Shown: piece by piece, positions 29,154 to 41,732 of the stretch
Numbering within the stretch: position 1 is the first letter of the stretch
Layout: every line of letters starts with the position of its first letter
Assembly: GCA_951406725.2 (NCBI GenBank)
Contig: OX597819.1
Span: 48,670,001 to 48,734,000, forward strand
Length of the DNA: 64,000 nucleotides
From: Octopus vulgaris
Taxonomy: Eukaryota
Direction of reading: 5' to 3'
The notes under the pieces: model-generated
The model's input: only the letters and a program-made list of their open reading frames with translations
The model's database searches: none
What the model was told of the DNA's origin: nothing
Program-made: the position numbers and the translations under genes

Positions 29154-29499
29154 ATATAGATTGTGGGTCAGGATCGAAGAAAAAGGTGGGTAATTTCATA
29201 GGTGTGTAGAAGGAGAGTGGTAGATGGGTAGAAATCAAACTAAAGGTGAATGTAATAAATAATGAAAAGGAGTAAAGGTGTAGTTGATGGTAAATATCAA
29301 TAGAGTGGGAAAGTAAGAGAAATAGAAGTGGCTGAATATAGTCTTAGATAGAGTATGCTTGTAAGAAAAACTAGTGGTCATAGTTAAACTGCCTTTGATC
29401 TATTTAATCAGGACCAACATGGTGTTTAAATAACAGCAACAAATGTTGAGCCTTAAGGAGATGATAAAAGACTGAAATATATTGTGTATTGCTGTACTC

Positions 29500-29824
29500 A
29501 AGAAGACCCATCCACTACAACAGAATTAATATCCTAAAACCTTGGTGCCATGTAAAAGAGTGTTGGTGCCACATAAAAGAAACTAGTGCTGGTGCCATGT
29601 GAAAGACAAAGTTGATGATGCCACATAAAAAGCACTGGTAATGGTGCCATGTAAAAAGTATCCAGGACTCTCTGTAGTGAGTAACATTAGGAAGGGCATC
29701 CAGCTGTAGAAACTAGGCCAAACAGACTATGGAACCTGGTGTGGCCTTTGGCCTTGCCAGCTTCTGTCAAACTGTCCAACCCATGCCAGCATGGAAGATG
29801 GACTTTAAATGATGATGATGATGA
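29500..29824 (+). mobile_element. RTE 3' UTR with short tandem units and GAT tail
   Basis: Repeated GGTGCCA(T/C)RTAAAA motif, AGGAAGGGCATCCAGC. Confidence 0.7.
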
Positions 29825-30497
29825 ATCACCATCACCTTATTAATCTAATCTAGTTGTTTTATGAACTCAGCTGAGAATACTTTGAGTAAGCTATGGCATG
29901 GTTATTTTTTGTACTAAAAGGTTAAATAAGAGGAACTAGCTTGCCATATGCATTCTCTCCATTGATGCCTATGCAAGCTAACAAGGCATTTTCTTTGTCA
30001 TCACCCAACCTGCTAAGAGTAGTAGCCAAATCTCCTTCAAATTCTACCAAATTAGGAAGGATTCGTTAAATAATGTTGTACGAAGAGCTTTGCTTATTAG
30101 TAAAAAAGACAGCAATGTTCACTGTTAGAATGTCTTTGATCATATGTTTGCTTGATCAGGACTGACCTGGGGCTAAACGACATCAACACTAACAATAATA
30201 ACAACCCAGACCCCTGTGATCCACTTATCTCCTCCTTGCTTTGTCTCCCCACTGCCAGACCCATCACCCATGAAATAATTTTCCCCACACTCTCGTTTTC
30301 TGTAATTCCTTCACCACCATGATTTTCTTGTAATCAACAATTTATAGACGTTCAAACTGAACATTAGCCGTATCAATCACACCGATCTGGGAGGATGACC
30401 TGCAAAGGTTACAGACACTGTCCATTCTTCTTTTCTTTAATCTGTTAAAAAAAAACACAAAACAAAACAAAAAACCCCAAAATACAACAAAAAAAAC

Positions 30498-31290
30498 ATG
30501 CCTGATGATGATGACGACAAAGATGATGATGATGATGACGACAAAGATGATGATGATGACAATGTTGCTGTTGATGATGATAATGATAGTGATGCTGACG
30601 ATGTTGATGATGAAGATAACAACACTGACACCAATCGTGTTGATGATGCTGACAATTATGATGATGATGATGATGATGATGATATTGACAGTGGCCATAA
30701 TGAAGATGATGAAACTGATTCCACTAAAACTGATGATGATGATGATGAAGATGGTGATGATGATATGCTGATGCCTCTTTTGCTGCTGCTGCTGATGGTA
30801 ATCATAATGATGATGGGAGCAGTAATGATGGTGTCACTAATGATGCAACTACTACTGCTACTGCTACTTTTGCTGCTATCACTGCTGCTGTCACCACTGC
30901 TACCATCCCCTCTGCTACAACTGCTGCAGCTGCTGCTACCATTACCACTGCTGCTGCTGCCACTACTGTTGCTTCTACCACTGCTACTACTACTACTGCT
31001 GCTGCTGCCATTGCTACTATTACCTCTGCTATGACTGCTACTGTTGCTGTCACTGCTGCTGCTGCCGCTACTGATGCTACTGCCACTACTACAGCTGCTG
31101 CTGTTGCTTCTACCACTACTGCTACAGCTGCTACTGCTGCTCATGCCATTACCTCTGCTGCTATCACTACCATCCCTGCCACCACACCCAGCACCACCTC
31201 CACCACTGATGATGAGATGCCAATAGCAATGACAATAAGAGTGATGATGTGAGGGGTGGTGATGATGGAAATAATGATGATTGATAATGA
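30498..31290. repeat. (GAT)n/(GCT/ACT)n low-complexity tract
   Basis: Trinucleotide mosaic. The poly-D/poly-L ORF is a by-product. Confidence 0.85.
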
Positions 31291-31839
31291 AGTTGAGTGA
31301 TGGTAAAAAAAAAAGAAGAAATATTTTCAAAGACATTTGGGTTGGGATTTTTCATGTACAAAAGGTAATGGTAATACAAGAGTCTGCAAATGTCTTCTTA
31401 GAACATTGTCTCAAAGTATTTGTAAATCTTGAATATTTCTTGAATGTCTGTTTTCCAAAACGGAGTGATGAAATACCTCAGGGAATACAGCTTAGCACTC
31501 TATCATTTCTGTCACTTCTTGTGCACTCAAACTTGGCTATGTGGTTAGGAAGTTCACTCTCCAATCACATAATTCATGGTTCAATCCCACGGCATAACAC
31601 CTTGGGCAAGCATCTACTATTGCCCTGAGCGAACCAAATCCTTGTGAATGGATTTGGTAGCTGGAAACTGGAAGAAACCTGTCATGTCTATCTATCTCTC
31701 TGTCTGTGTCTGTCTATCTGTCTGTCTGTTTATCTATCTATCTGCCTGTCTATCTATCTATCTACCTATCTATCTATCTGTCTATACATACATACATGCA
31801 CATATACATACACACGTACATACATTCATACATACATAC

Positions 31840-31870
<31 letters not shown>

Positions 31871-32090
31871 CATACATACATACATACATACATACATACA
31901 TACATCAAAACCAGAAAGGAGAAAGCTGATTCCAAGACTACAGATCCAATCCATCACTGGAGCTGTAAAAATCTGTAAAACTTTCCAGAAGTTTATCATT
32001 TAAGTATATATGAGCATGTATAGATATGCTCATGTATATGAGAATTCATACATAAAACAAAAGAGTTGAATCTGCACATATACATACATG

Positions 32091-32307
32091 CAGTAATCCC
32101 TTGCCATATCGTGGTTCACCTATTGCGGTTTATTATTTAAGCTTATGCCGATTCCTCCATGGTGTTGTTTTGCATTTATAATAAAGTAGATATATACAAA
32201 ATATAAAAAGAATTAAAAAAATATTCAGTACCGTACTGTTTCTACTCCGTGGATTTTTGCCTATCTCGGGGGGTTTTGGAACATAATACCCAATCAAGGG
32301 ACTACTG
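32091..32307. mobile_element. Tigger-like MITE
   Basis: TIRs CAGTAATCCCTTG / CAAGGGACTACTG. Confidence 0.6.
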
Positions 32308-32322
32308 TGCATACATACATAC

Positions 32323-32504
32323 ATGATGATGATGATGGCCGTCCACTCGTGACCGAGGAAGACCATTACCGACCTTCAGGAACATTGTGCGCCCTAGGAC
32401 TAACTTATATTTTGCATTTGTGGCTCCGTTGGTGGCTAATGAGCCCTGCTCTTGACAAGCATACACGACTGCAAACATTGCAGACCAAGCTTTCCCCATT
32501 CACT
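32323..32504 (-). mobile_element. 3' end of a second RTE-like LINE family with C-terminal C2H2 finger
   Basis: Minus frame VNGESLVCNVCSRVCLSRAGLISHQRSHKCKI*, short UTR and (CAT)n tail. Sister copy at 63355-63590. Confidence 0.75.
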
Positions 32505-33130
32505 ACATACATACATACATACATACATACATACATACATACATACATACATGCATACATACATGCACAAATACAAAAATACTCTGTTGTTGATGTTGAA
32601 ATTCCAATGAAGGAGCCTTGGATCTAGGTTAGAAACTGGCTCTCTCTCTCTATTGGCAAGGAATCTTGAAATAAAACTGAATAAGGGCATACATATTGAT
32701 AGATAGATAAATAGATAGATATATAGAGATACATACGTATGTACATACACACATATGTATACATACACACATATGTATATATAACTGTCTTGAGATGCCA
32801 CATTGTTTCGATTTTGATCAGCAAATCTTGATATTATTATTATTATTATTAATTTGGTTTGGTTCAGATTTGATCTTATTCCTGGTAGGACTTATATGAG
32901 GAGTGGGTTACTACCTGTACGTGTATGTGAGTGTTTATGTGTGTGATTGTGTGTATGCTTGTTTTTCATTTCAAGTCTTCTTTTAAATCATGTTTGGCCA
33001 TGGGGAAGCATTACCTTGCTCCTGGAAGCAGGTGACAGTTGGTGGTAGGTGGGGCATCTGGCTGTAGGAAATCTGCCTCAACAATTTCTTTCTGACCCAG
33101 CAAGCATAGAGAAGTGGATATTAAATGATG

Positions 33131-33162
<32 letters not shown>

Positions 33163-33511
33163 GAGGCTTTATAGGAATGCTAAATTAACCGTTTTAACCC
33201 CACTCCTCAACACAGTCTGTAAGGGTCTGTAAAGATCAGGAGTACTGACTGTTCTCTTCTGAACAAAGCATAAACTAAATATGAATAAAACTCTGGCAGA
33301 GACCCTTCTTTTATTAGTTAAGCTCAAATATTGGTGTTAGGAAAGACATCCAATCATAGACACTTTGCCAAAGTAGTCACTGGTGCATGAATTTGCTAAC
33401 TCTTCATGTCCTGACAAAATCTCAAACCCATGTCAACATAGAAGCCATGCATTAAATGATTATTTAGGGATTCTAATTATTTAAAAATTTATTATATATT
33501 TATATAACTGT

Positions 33512-33603
33512 GAGGCTTTTGTCCTAGGGGGCTTTTTTCCTGGGGGGCTTTTGTCCTAGGGGGCTTTTGTCCTGGGGGATTTTGTCCTAGGTGGCTTTTG
33601 TCC
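33512..33603 (+). repeat. About six copies of a 15-16 bp G-rich unit GGGGGCTTTTGTCCT(A/G)
   Basis: Direct inspection. Confidence 0.9.
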
Positions 33604-33959
33604 AGATCCCACATGGAGTACCATGCATTAGGTAGTGAAGTGACCACAGAGTAACATGAGATGAAGTGTTTTGCTCAAGAACACAACATACCACCCAGTC
33701 TAGGAATTGAAACCACAATCTCACATTTGTGACTGCAACACCCTAACTACTAGACCAGGCACCATCATTTATTTCTCTAATTTCGATTATATATTCTCTG
33801 TATATACTTTAATGTGGTACTATCTCCCTTTGATTGATGTAAACCCCTCCTGTTTATGTATATTTTTTGTTTTATTTTTGTGTGCTGTAACCTGCTCTTC
33901 GATATTATCCTCCATGTCGTGAGCCCTTGTGGCTAATAATAAAAAGCATTATTATCATT

Positions 33960-34245
33960 TGGCCTAGTATGTAAGATGTCGCACTCCTGTTTGCAAGTTC
34001 GTGGTTTCAGTTCTTGGACTGGGTGGTGCGTTATGTTCTCGAACAAAACAATTCATCCCATGTGACACTGTGACCACTTCGACACCTGGTGTGTGGTACA
34101 CCGTGCACCTGTTCAGGCAACATTGATTTGATGGAAGGAGTGAGCTAATGTATGAGACATGCATTTGATTACTATAAGCAAATCATTTGTGCAGGTCATT
34201 TAGTAAAAGCTGAACACTCATGTGTCATCTTTGACAGGAGAGTTC
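33960..34245 (+). mobile_element. Degenerate tRNA-headed SINE (further family)
   Basis: TGGCCTAGT A-box-like start and head shared with families B and D, with a different body. Confidence 0.5.
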
Positions 34246-34469
34246 ATCATTATTATTGTTATTATTAAGGTGGCTGAATCATAAACCCAATGGGCAAAAT
34301 GCTTAGTGGCATTTCATCCATATTTATGTCCTGGGTTCAATTTCTGCTGAGGTCAACTTTACTTTTCATTCGTTTGTGGTTCATTCAATACCAGTTAAAT
34401 ACTGCAGTTGATCTAATCGACTTAACCCTCTCCCTGGACTTGCTGGCTTTGTGCCAAAATTTGAAATCA

Positions 34470-34881
34470 TCATCATTATCATTATCATCTTCTTTCGATT
34501 TTGTTTCCATTTCTTGCTGAGTGTCTACCCGACACCTAGGGCAGAGAAACTCATGGTATACATTGGTAGGCCATTAAAATAAAGACACCAGATTGTTCAT
34601 TTACAAAGTCACAGAATAGAGAAAAAAGGGGAAGAAAAACAGAGAAAAAGAAAAATGAAAAAATGTAAGCAAAGAAAATTCACAGCAACAATGCTCTTCT
34701 CAATATGTGTGACATACCAGTTAAGACAATCTTTTGCACCTCCTGCATGGATGGTAATCCTGGGATTATCCTCAAATAGTTTTCAGATCCTTTTTTGATC
34801 ATTCCAAGTGCTCCTACAATCACTGGTATTGTAACTGTCTTAACATGCCCCATCTTTTCGATTTTAATCAGCAAATCTTGA

Positions 34882-34884
<3 letters not shown>
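34470..34884 (-). mobile_element. R4/Dong-like (restriction-like endonuclease) non-LTR 3' fragment 1
   Basis: YQDLLIKIEKMGHVKTVTIPVIVGALGMI...VQKIVLTGMSHILRRALL*. The 5' end abuts a (TAA)n run. Confidence 0.8.
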
Positions 34885-34921
<37 letters not shown>

Positions 34922-35246
34922 TTGGTTTGTTTCAGATTTGATCTTATTCCTGGTAGGACTTATATAAGGAGTTGGTTACTACCTGTATCCACACGTTTTC
35001 AGCAGTCTTTCAAGTGCTTAGAACCCTCCTGATAATCCTTGCTGTCCCTAAGAGACAAACTTTCTGTAGGAGCTCTACCAGCATTCTATTCCAATCTCCT
35101 TCAGCCATTTGTCCATATCTTTGCTTACTGTCCCCAACATACCAGTTATTATAGGCATAACCTTTACTTCTCTCAAGCTCCAAATTCTTCCTATTTCAAA
35201 TTTTAAGGGATTGTATTTTTTGTTATTGTTTTTCTTCCTCTTTCAT
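34885..35246 (-). mobile_element. R4/Dong-like non-LTR 3' fragment 2 with (TAA)n tail
   Basis: KYNPLKFEIGRIWSLREVKVMPIITGMLGTV../..LLQKVCLLGTARIIRRVLST*, then UTR and (TAA)n. Confidence 0.8.
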
Positions 35247-35439
35247 TACAATCCTGAAAGTTGGCAGAATCATTAGCAAGCGAGACAAAATGTTTAGTGG
35301 TGTTTTTTCCAGCTTTATGTTCTGAGTTCAAATGCCACCAAGGTCAATTTTGCCTTGCATATTTTTGGGGTCGATAAAATAAGTACCAGTCAAACATAGA
35401 CTGGTAAAATAAATACTGGTTGAGCATGGGTTGATATGT

Positions 35440-35745
35440 GGAGGTGCAATGGCCCAGTGGTTAGGGCAGCAGACTCGTGGTCGGAGGTTCACTGTTTCGA
35501 TTCCCAGACTGGGCGTTGTGTGTGTTTATTGAACGAAAACACCTAAAAAAGCTCCATGAGGCTCCGGTAAGGGGTGGTGGTGACCCCTGTTGTACTCTTT
35601 CATCACAACTTTCTCTCACTCTCTCTTCCTGTTTCTTGAGTGACGCTGCGATGGACTGGCGTCCCGTCCAGCTGGGGGGAACACATACGCCACAGAAACT
35701 GGGAAACTGGGCCCATGAGCCTGGCTAGGCTTGAAAAGGGCGACG
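35440..35745 (+). mobile_element. V-domain-like SINE with tRNA-Arg-like head
   Basis: TGGCCCAGTGG and GTTTCGATTCCC boxes, GACTCGTGG anticodon-like loop, GCGATGGACTGGCGTCCCGTCCAG. Confidence 0.8.
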
Positions 35746-36016
35746 TTTATCGTTATGCATTGATATAATCAACTAGCTCCTTCCCAACAAAATTTCAGGC
35801 CTTGTGCTTGTAGTAGAAAGCATATGCTGGACAAAATGCTTAGTGGTATTTCACCCGTCACTACACTCTGAGTTCAAATTCTGCTGAGGTTGACTTTGTC
35901 TTTCATCTTTTCGGGGTCGATAAATTAAGTACCAGTGAAACACTGGGATCGATGCAATTGACTTATCCCCTCTCCCAAAATGGCTGCCCTTGTGGTAAAA
36001 TCTGAAAACATCATCA

Positions 36017-36062
<46 letters not shown>

Positions 36063-36813
36063 CTTGATAATGATGATAATTAAATGTAGCATCAATGTAA
36101 TTGCAAAAGAGAGAAGGTTGGGGGTGGCAGGCTTGGACAAATCGATAGTGCGTTAGATAAAAATTAAGAATTAAATCAAATGGAAAAAAAAAATTTATGA
36201 AAGTTCATTTCAGAATTAAAAATTAAATGAAGTGAAATCATAATTTATGGAAGTTATACAGAAATGACAAATTTTTCTCCAGACTAATGCTGTAAACAGT
36301 ATGGTATGAAGAAATTAGTTATGGTTCTGTGTTGGCAATTAGTGAGTATTAAACATTTTAAAAGTGAAATGAATTGGTTTGCTGTGAACAAGATGAAAAA
36401 TTTAGCATTTTGATCTGAATCCTTTATTGGAGAAGCATGTTTTATTTTTTTGATGGTAATGAAAGAAAAGATTAAGAGAGAGAAAGAGAAAGAGAGAATA
36501 GGAAAGAATAAGGGAAAGGAAGAGTATGTTACAAAGTGAAACAAACGCTTATTGGGAGATATTGCTTGAAGATATTGCAGACTATAAAGATGCTGGCAAA
36601 TTTGAAGAAAGTCGAAGGGTGGGTGTAAAAATCAAGAGATGCAAAGACTACTTGGAGATGGACAACATGAGCACTGGCAAATCTAGAGAGTGGAATGGAG
36701 AGTGAAGAATTTGAAGTGCTAGGAAATGAGCATGCATAATTTGAAAGCCTTGTGAAGTTTTGCTTAGTCTAATCCCAACAAGAAATATGAACAAAAGATT
36801 GGAACATCTTGAT

Positions 36814-37035
36814 CAGTGGTTCTCACCCAGGATCCAAAAACGTATATGCAATAAACTGGTTACACTTCTATAATGCACTAAATATATTTAAGTTTTTTTT
36901 TTTAACATAGTCTCTAATAATATTCAATTATAAAAATATAATAGGATTTTTTAAAACATCGAATGGCTATTAGGGTCCAGTAGAATAGAATAAGAATTAA
37001 AGGGGTCCATTGGTAAAAATGGTTGAGAACCACTG
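36814..37035. mobile_element. hAT-type MITE
   Basis: TIRs CAGTGGTTCTCA / TGAGAACCACTG, 8-bp TSD ATCTTGAT / ATCTAGAT. Confidence 0.88.
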
Positions 37036-37044
37036 ATCTAGATG

Positions 37045-37983
37045 GTTAAATTGGCACTGTTTCAAACAAAGATATGGCACTCATTTGTTTCGTCTGCTAT
37101 ATATATTGGAACACTTCATCCGTCAAAAACTTGTGGAAGATTTCCAATGACAAACTTCCATGTTCAAGGTTTGCCTTTATGCCATTTGTACCAGTAAATC
37201 CATGCCGTCAGAGGAAATTGTTTCTCACTTGCCACATGACCTTCTGTTATCCAGGGTCATTCACTGCTGCCTGCCTGTACTTTTGATTCACTGGAATATA
37301 ATCATTGCTATCGGAATCATCTGATTCTGAACTAGGAAAATACTCACTCTCCGAGTCATCATCTGGAAGAAACAACTGGTTGTTTCTTCCAGACATTGTT
37401 TCTAAGGGCGGCAAGCTGGCAAAAATGTTAGCATGCCGGGCAAAATATTTAGCAGTATTTCATCTACCGTTACGTTCTGAGTTCGAATTCTACTGAGGTC
37501 GACTTTGCCTTTCATCCTTTTGGGGTAGATAAATTAAGTACCAGTTATGCACTGGGGTCAATGTAATCGACTTAATCCCTTTGTCTGTCCTTGTTTGTTC
37601 CTTCTATGTTTAGCCCCTTGTGGGCAATAAAGAAATAAGAAACAACTGGTGAGGAGGTGGAGCTTGGTGTAGCTTGGTATGACGACTATAAATTCAATGA
37701 AACAGGATGCGACAATGAAGTTGACGGAGCCAGAGTGGTAGGATGTGACAATTGTAAATTCGACAAAACAGGATGTGACAATGGAGTTAACAGAGTTGGA
37801 GTGGTAGGACCAGCTTATCGGCTTGTAAATATTTACACGAGACATCTAATTGGCCTATCAGTTGGCAGGTGTAGCGGTACTAACTCAGGCAACAGGTTCT
37901 AAGTCAGGCGGTGTATAATTATATTGACCAATTAAAAGCATGTACATTGCATGTGTAAATTTACGTCAGCCATTTTAAAAGGA
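37045..37983 (-). mobile_element. 5' half of a decayed piggyBac (PGBD-like transposase N-terminus), SINE-interrupted
   Basis: Minus frame from 37396: acidic DDDSESEYFPSSESDDSD..FTGTNGIK..LEIFHKFLTDEVFQYI with stops. Terminus AAAAGGA|TTAA at 37983. Confidence 0.65.
37405..37642 (+). mobile_element. tRNA-derived SINE family C
   Basis: GGCGGCAAGCTGGC head, GAGTTCGAATTC B box, central GCCTTTCATCCTTTTGGGGTAGATAAATTAAGTACCAG. Copies also near 9435, 28915, 34268, 35255, 35820, 40010, 50590 and 51385. Confidence 0.85.
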
Positions 37984-39039
37984 TTAATTGAATAAAATGA
38001 TGCTTGTAACAGAAATGCTATGATAGAAAACATTTGCATGAAGTGGGATTGAACCTGAGACTACATGGTTGTGAAACAAACTTCTTAACTATGTGGCCAT
38101 GCCTGTGTCTATTATCAGAAACAAAACAGAGCACATTTCAGTTTGCTTTCTTCAAGTTTCTCCATGTTTTGACTGTCATAGTTTATTTTCTTTCTCTTGT
38201 GAAATTCTATGTCTAGTTCCAATGGCATTAGGAAAAGGAGTTTTCTGGTTGAATGAAAAATTCACAAGATTTTTACCCCTTCCATTTCGTACAAGGCTAT
38301 AATTGTATTTCCAAAGAGAAATGCCTGTTTATCTATTTGCCTGCTCCCCACGTATAGATATCCAGATGTGACTAATTCTATTTCTTAGATATTAACATAA
38401 CTTAACATGTGTTTAACAAATTTGAAATGAAAATCTTAATATCCAATAAATTGATTGACAAAGACTTTTATGTTCTAGAATATTATAATTTACTTTTTCT
38501 TCTTTAATCTTACTAAACTTTCAAAATTATATTTATTTCTCTCTGTGTAATTGGTACTATGGTACTGAAGTATGGCTTTAACAAGCAGAATTTATGGTTC
38601 AGTTTCAATTCTTATCTGGATTCACAGTACATACTTTTATAAATGTACTTGGAACAGATCTGAATTTCTCATTTTCCCTTTTAAGTTTTAAAGAGGATTT
38701 TTGAGAACCATTGCCTGCAATGTAGAATGCCAGGATATTCTTCGTTGTGCTTTATTAGAAGTTGGTAAGCATTTGAAAGAAGAAAATTAATTTTCCTCAG
38801 TTTTTCTTTAACTCCTCAGCAACCCTGATTGAGTAGACAGACCTATAATCAAAGGCATTCCAGTCATGACCAACCTGTTTTTCTCAGATCTTATATATGT
38901 AGAGTGTAGAAGTCATGGATACATTCCGTTCTTTTGACAAAAATGTAGATTTTTTTTTCAAGGCAGCAGAGTATAGTTTGAAAGATCTTTTGCTCCTATT
39001 TCTAACAACTCAAGTCATTTTACAGAGACTTCCGCATTG

Positions 39040-39298
39040 GTGCAGGTGTCACTGTGTGGTAAGAAGTTTGCTTTCCACCATATGGTTCTAGGTTCAGTCC
39101 TACTGTATGACACCTTAGGTAAGTGTATTTTACTGTAGTCTTGGGCCAACCAAAGCCTTGTAAGAAGGTTTGGAAGATTCAGGCAGTACTGGTGATGGCC
39201 ACACTCAAATGTTTTTTTTTTATGTGCCACCTGCACAGGAGCCAGTCCAGCAGCACTGGCAACGACCTTGCTCGAGTGTTGTTTTTCACGTGCCACCT

Positions 39299-39329
<31 letters not shown>

Positions 39330-39353
39330 TGTGTGTGTGTGTGTGTGTGTGTG

Positions 39354-39389
<36 letters not shown>

Positions 39390-39615
39390 CTGTGTGTGTG
39401 TGACTGTGTGTGTTTGTCTTTGTCCCCCCCCACCGCTTAACAAGCAGTGTTTATGTTCCTGTAACTTACTGGTTTGGCAAAACAGACTGATAGAATAAGT
39501 ACCAGGCTTTACAAAAAATATTAAGTTCTAGGGTCGATTTATTCAAATAAAAATTCTTCAAGGTGGTGCCCCAGCATGGCCACAGTCTAATGCCTGAAAA
39601 AAGTAAAAGATAAAA
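39040..39615 (+). mobile_element. SINE family A with an inverted RTE-UTR segment in its middle
   Basis: Family A head (39040-39175) and tail (39410-39615) flank RTE-UTR units (39180-39298) and (TG)n. Confidence 0.65.
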
Positions 39616-40424
39616 GATACCAAGTAGTTTCTGAATGGTGTGCCACAATCTTTAGGTATACATGGGTTTGGGTGCTGTACCAAAGAATTGGGTCCCTACT
39701 CTAGAAATATTTTACCAAAATTCACACTGTTTAAATAATTTGTTGAATCCATTGTACTATAGGCAGTTTCTCATCTGTTTTCTTAGAGAATTGCAATATT
39801 TTTGCTCTTTATTTTTTCTACTCTTGCACTATTGAATGTCTGCTGGAATGCAAGTTCACATGTGTGTGTATATGCATGTACATGTTTGTGTGTGCATGTG
39901 TGTGTGTATGTGTGTGTGTGCATGTGCACGTGCATGCATGTGTATGTGTGAGTGTGCTTATGAATATGTGTGCATATGTAACTTTGTTCTTTAATATATC
40001 TAGTAAGTAAGGAGACGAGCTGGCAGAATTGTTAGGATACTGGGCAAAATGCTTTGTGATATTTTGTCTGTCTTTATGTTCTGAGTTCCAATTCCACCAA
40101 TGTCAGTTTTACCCTTCATCCGTTTCAGGGTCAATATAAAATATGTATCAGTTGCTCATTGGAGGCAATGTAATCAACTTAACTCCTGCCCAGGAATTGC
40201 TATTGCTGACCTTGTGCCAAAATTTGGAACCAATATTGTTAGTTGATCAATTGAATTGTAGTGCTTATGTTTTAATATAAATCTGGTACTTATTATATTG
40301 GTCTCATTTTTAGCCGAACTACTAAATTACAGAGGTATAAACAAACTCATACCAGTTGTCAAGATGTGGGAGATAAACACACACATACATAAATACGTAC
40401 ATGCATATATGTATATATAAGAGC

Positions 40425-40742
40425 ACTCTGTCGGTTACGACGATGAGGGTCCCAGCTGATATGATCAATGGAACAGCTTGATGGTGAAATTAATGTACAA
40501 GTGGCTGAGCAAACCACAGAACGTGTACCCTTAATGTAGTTTTCTGGGAGATTCAGCGTGACACAGAGTGTGACAAGGCTGGCCTTTTGAAATACAGTTA
40601 CTACTCATTTTTGTCAGCTGAGTGGACTGGAGCAATGTGAAATAAAGTGTCTTGCTCAAGGACACAATGCGTTGCCAGGAATTGAACTCATGACCTTACA
40701 ATTGTGAGCTGAATGCCCTAACCACTAAGCCACGTGCCTTCA
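40425..40742 (-). mobile_element. tRNA-derived SINE family D, full length
   Basis: Same head as family B (CCACTAAGCCACGTGCC on +) with a different body. Confidence 0.8.
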
Positions 40743-41220
40743 TGTATGTATATGTATATATATATATAATATCTATCTGCCTGTCTGTCTATCTATCATC
40801 ATCATCATCATTTAATGTTCCTTGCTTCCATGCTGGTATAGGTTAGCTGGTGCATCATGAACAGATGAGCCAGATGGATGCATCAGGTTCTATATCTGCT
40901 TTGGTAAGGTTTTCATAAGTGGATGTCCTCCTTCCTAATGCCAACCATTTCACAGAGTGTACCAAGTGAATTTTGCATGCACCAACACTGGTGATGCCAC
41001 TAAGTATCAGCAAGATGAGACTCCTCAACTGAGTGGAGTATAGAATGGAGAGATAAGAAACTAGGAAAGTCGGTGTCTTGCTGAAGAGGTGAATACATGG
41101 CTTGTCCACCTTTTCCTTCCTTTATATTCTGCAGCAACCACCAGATGAAGCAGCAAGGCACCTCATCAAAAGCTTACTTCACATTGATGAATGCTAAGTA
41201 CAGTAGTTTATCTTTGACTA

Positions 41221-41732
41221 CCGTAAATCCTTGAGTATAGTCCGCCCTTGAGTATAATACACAGGGGTTTTTTGGGGGGCTGTACCTCTGAAAAACCTAA
41301 ACCTTGTGTATAATATGCACCCCTTCTCTAACTTGAGTCAAGGAGGTCTATATAACGTCCTTGGTTTGTAAAAATGTATATGGTAACGTCCTTTATTATT
41401 ATTGTATATATAACATAATGAAAATGTGTAGCTTTTTTGTGCGTTTTGTTTGCAGAAAATAAAGAAATAACAGTAATAACGTTTAACAAATGTTGCTTAT
41501 TGCATGTTATGGATGATTCTTTTATGACTTAATTGCTTTCTGGCTTAGCTTAAGGTATTTTCGTGTCCAATATCACAAAATGCATCTGAATAAACATTGC
41601 CAGACAGCAAATAGAGACTTGGACATTGCTTTGAAAATATTTTTCGTTTTTAACCTCGTATATAGTATGCACTAGGGATTTTGACCTTTAAATTTTGGGG
41701 AAAAAATACGGATTATACTCGAGGATTTATGG
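41221..41732. mobile_element. pogo/Tigger-like MITE (inverted sister of 6359-6880)
   Basis: TA|CCGTAAATCCTTGAGTATA ... TATACTCGAGGATTTATGG. Confidence 0.85.

Noticed and set aside
30498-31034. Poly-Asp/poly-Leu membrane or biomineral protein
   Set aside because: Trinucleotide mosaic open in several frames on both strands, with no domain or splice support.
32407-32503. Host C2H2 zinc-finger exon
   Set aside because: A single finger followed by a short UTR and simple-repeat tail, with a decayed second copy at 63.4 kb. This fits a LINE C-terminus.
32595-32660. Further hammerhead (AATGAAGG..AGAAAC)
   Set aside because: The core deviates too far from CUGANGA and the stems are not convincing.
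35440-35512. True tRNA gene (also 62225-62300)
   Set aside because: No pairing acceptor stem, and it runs into a SINE body or TAA tail.
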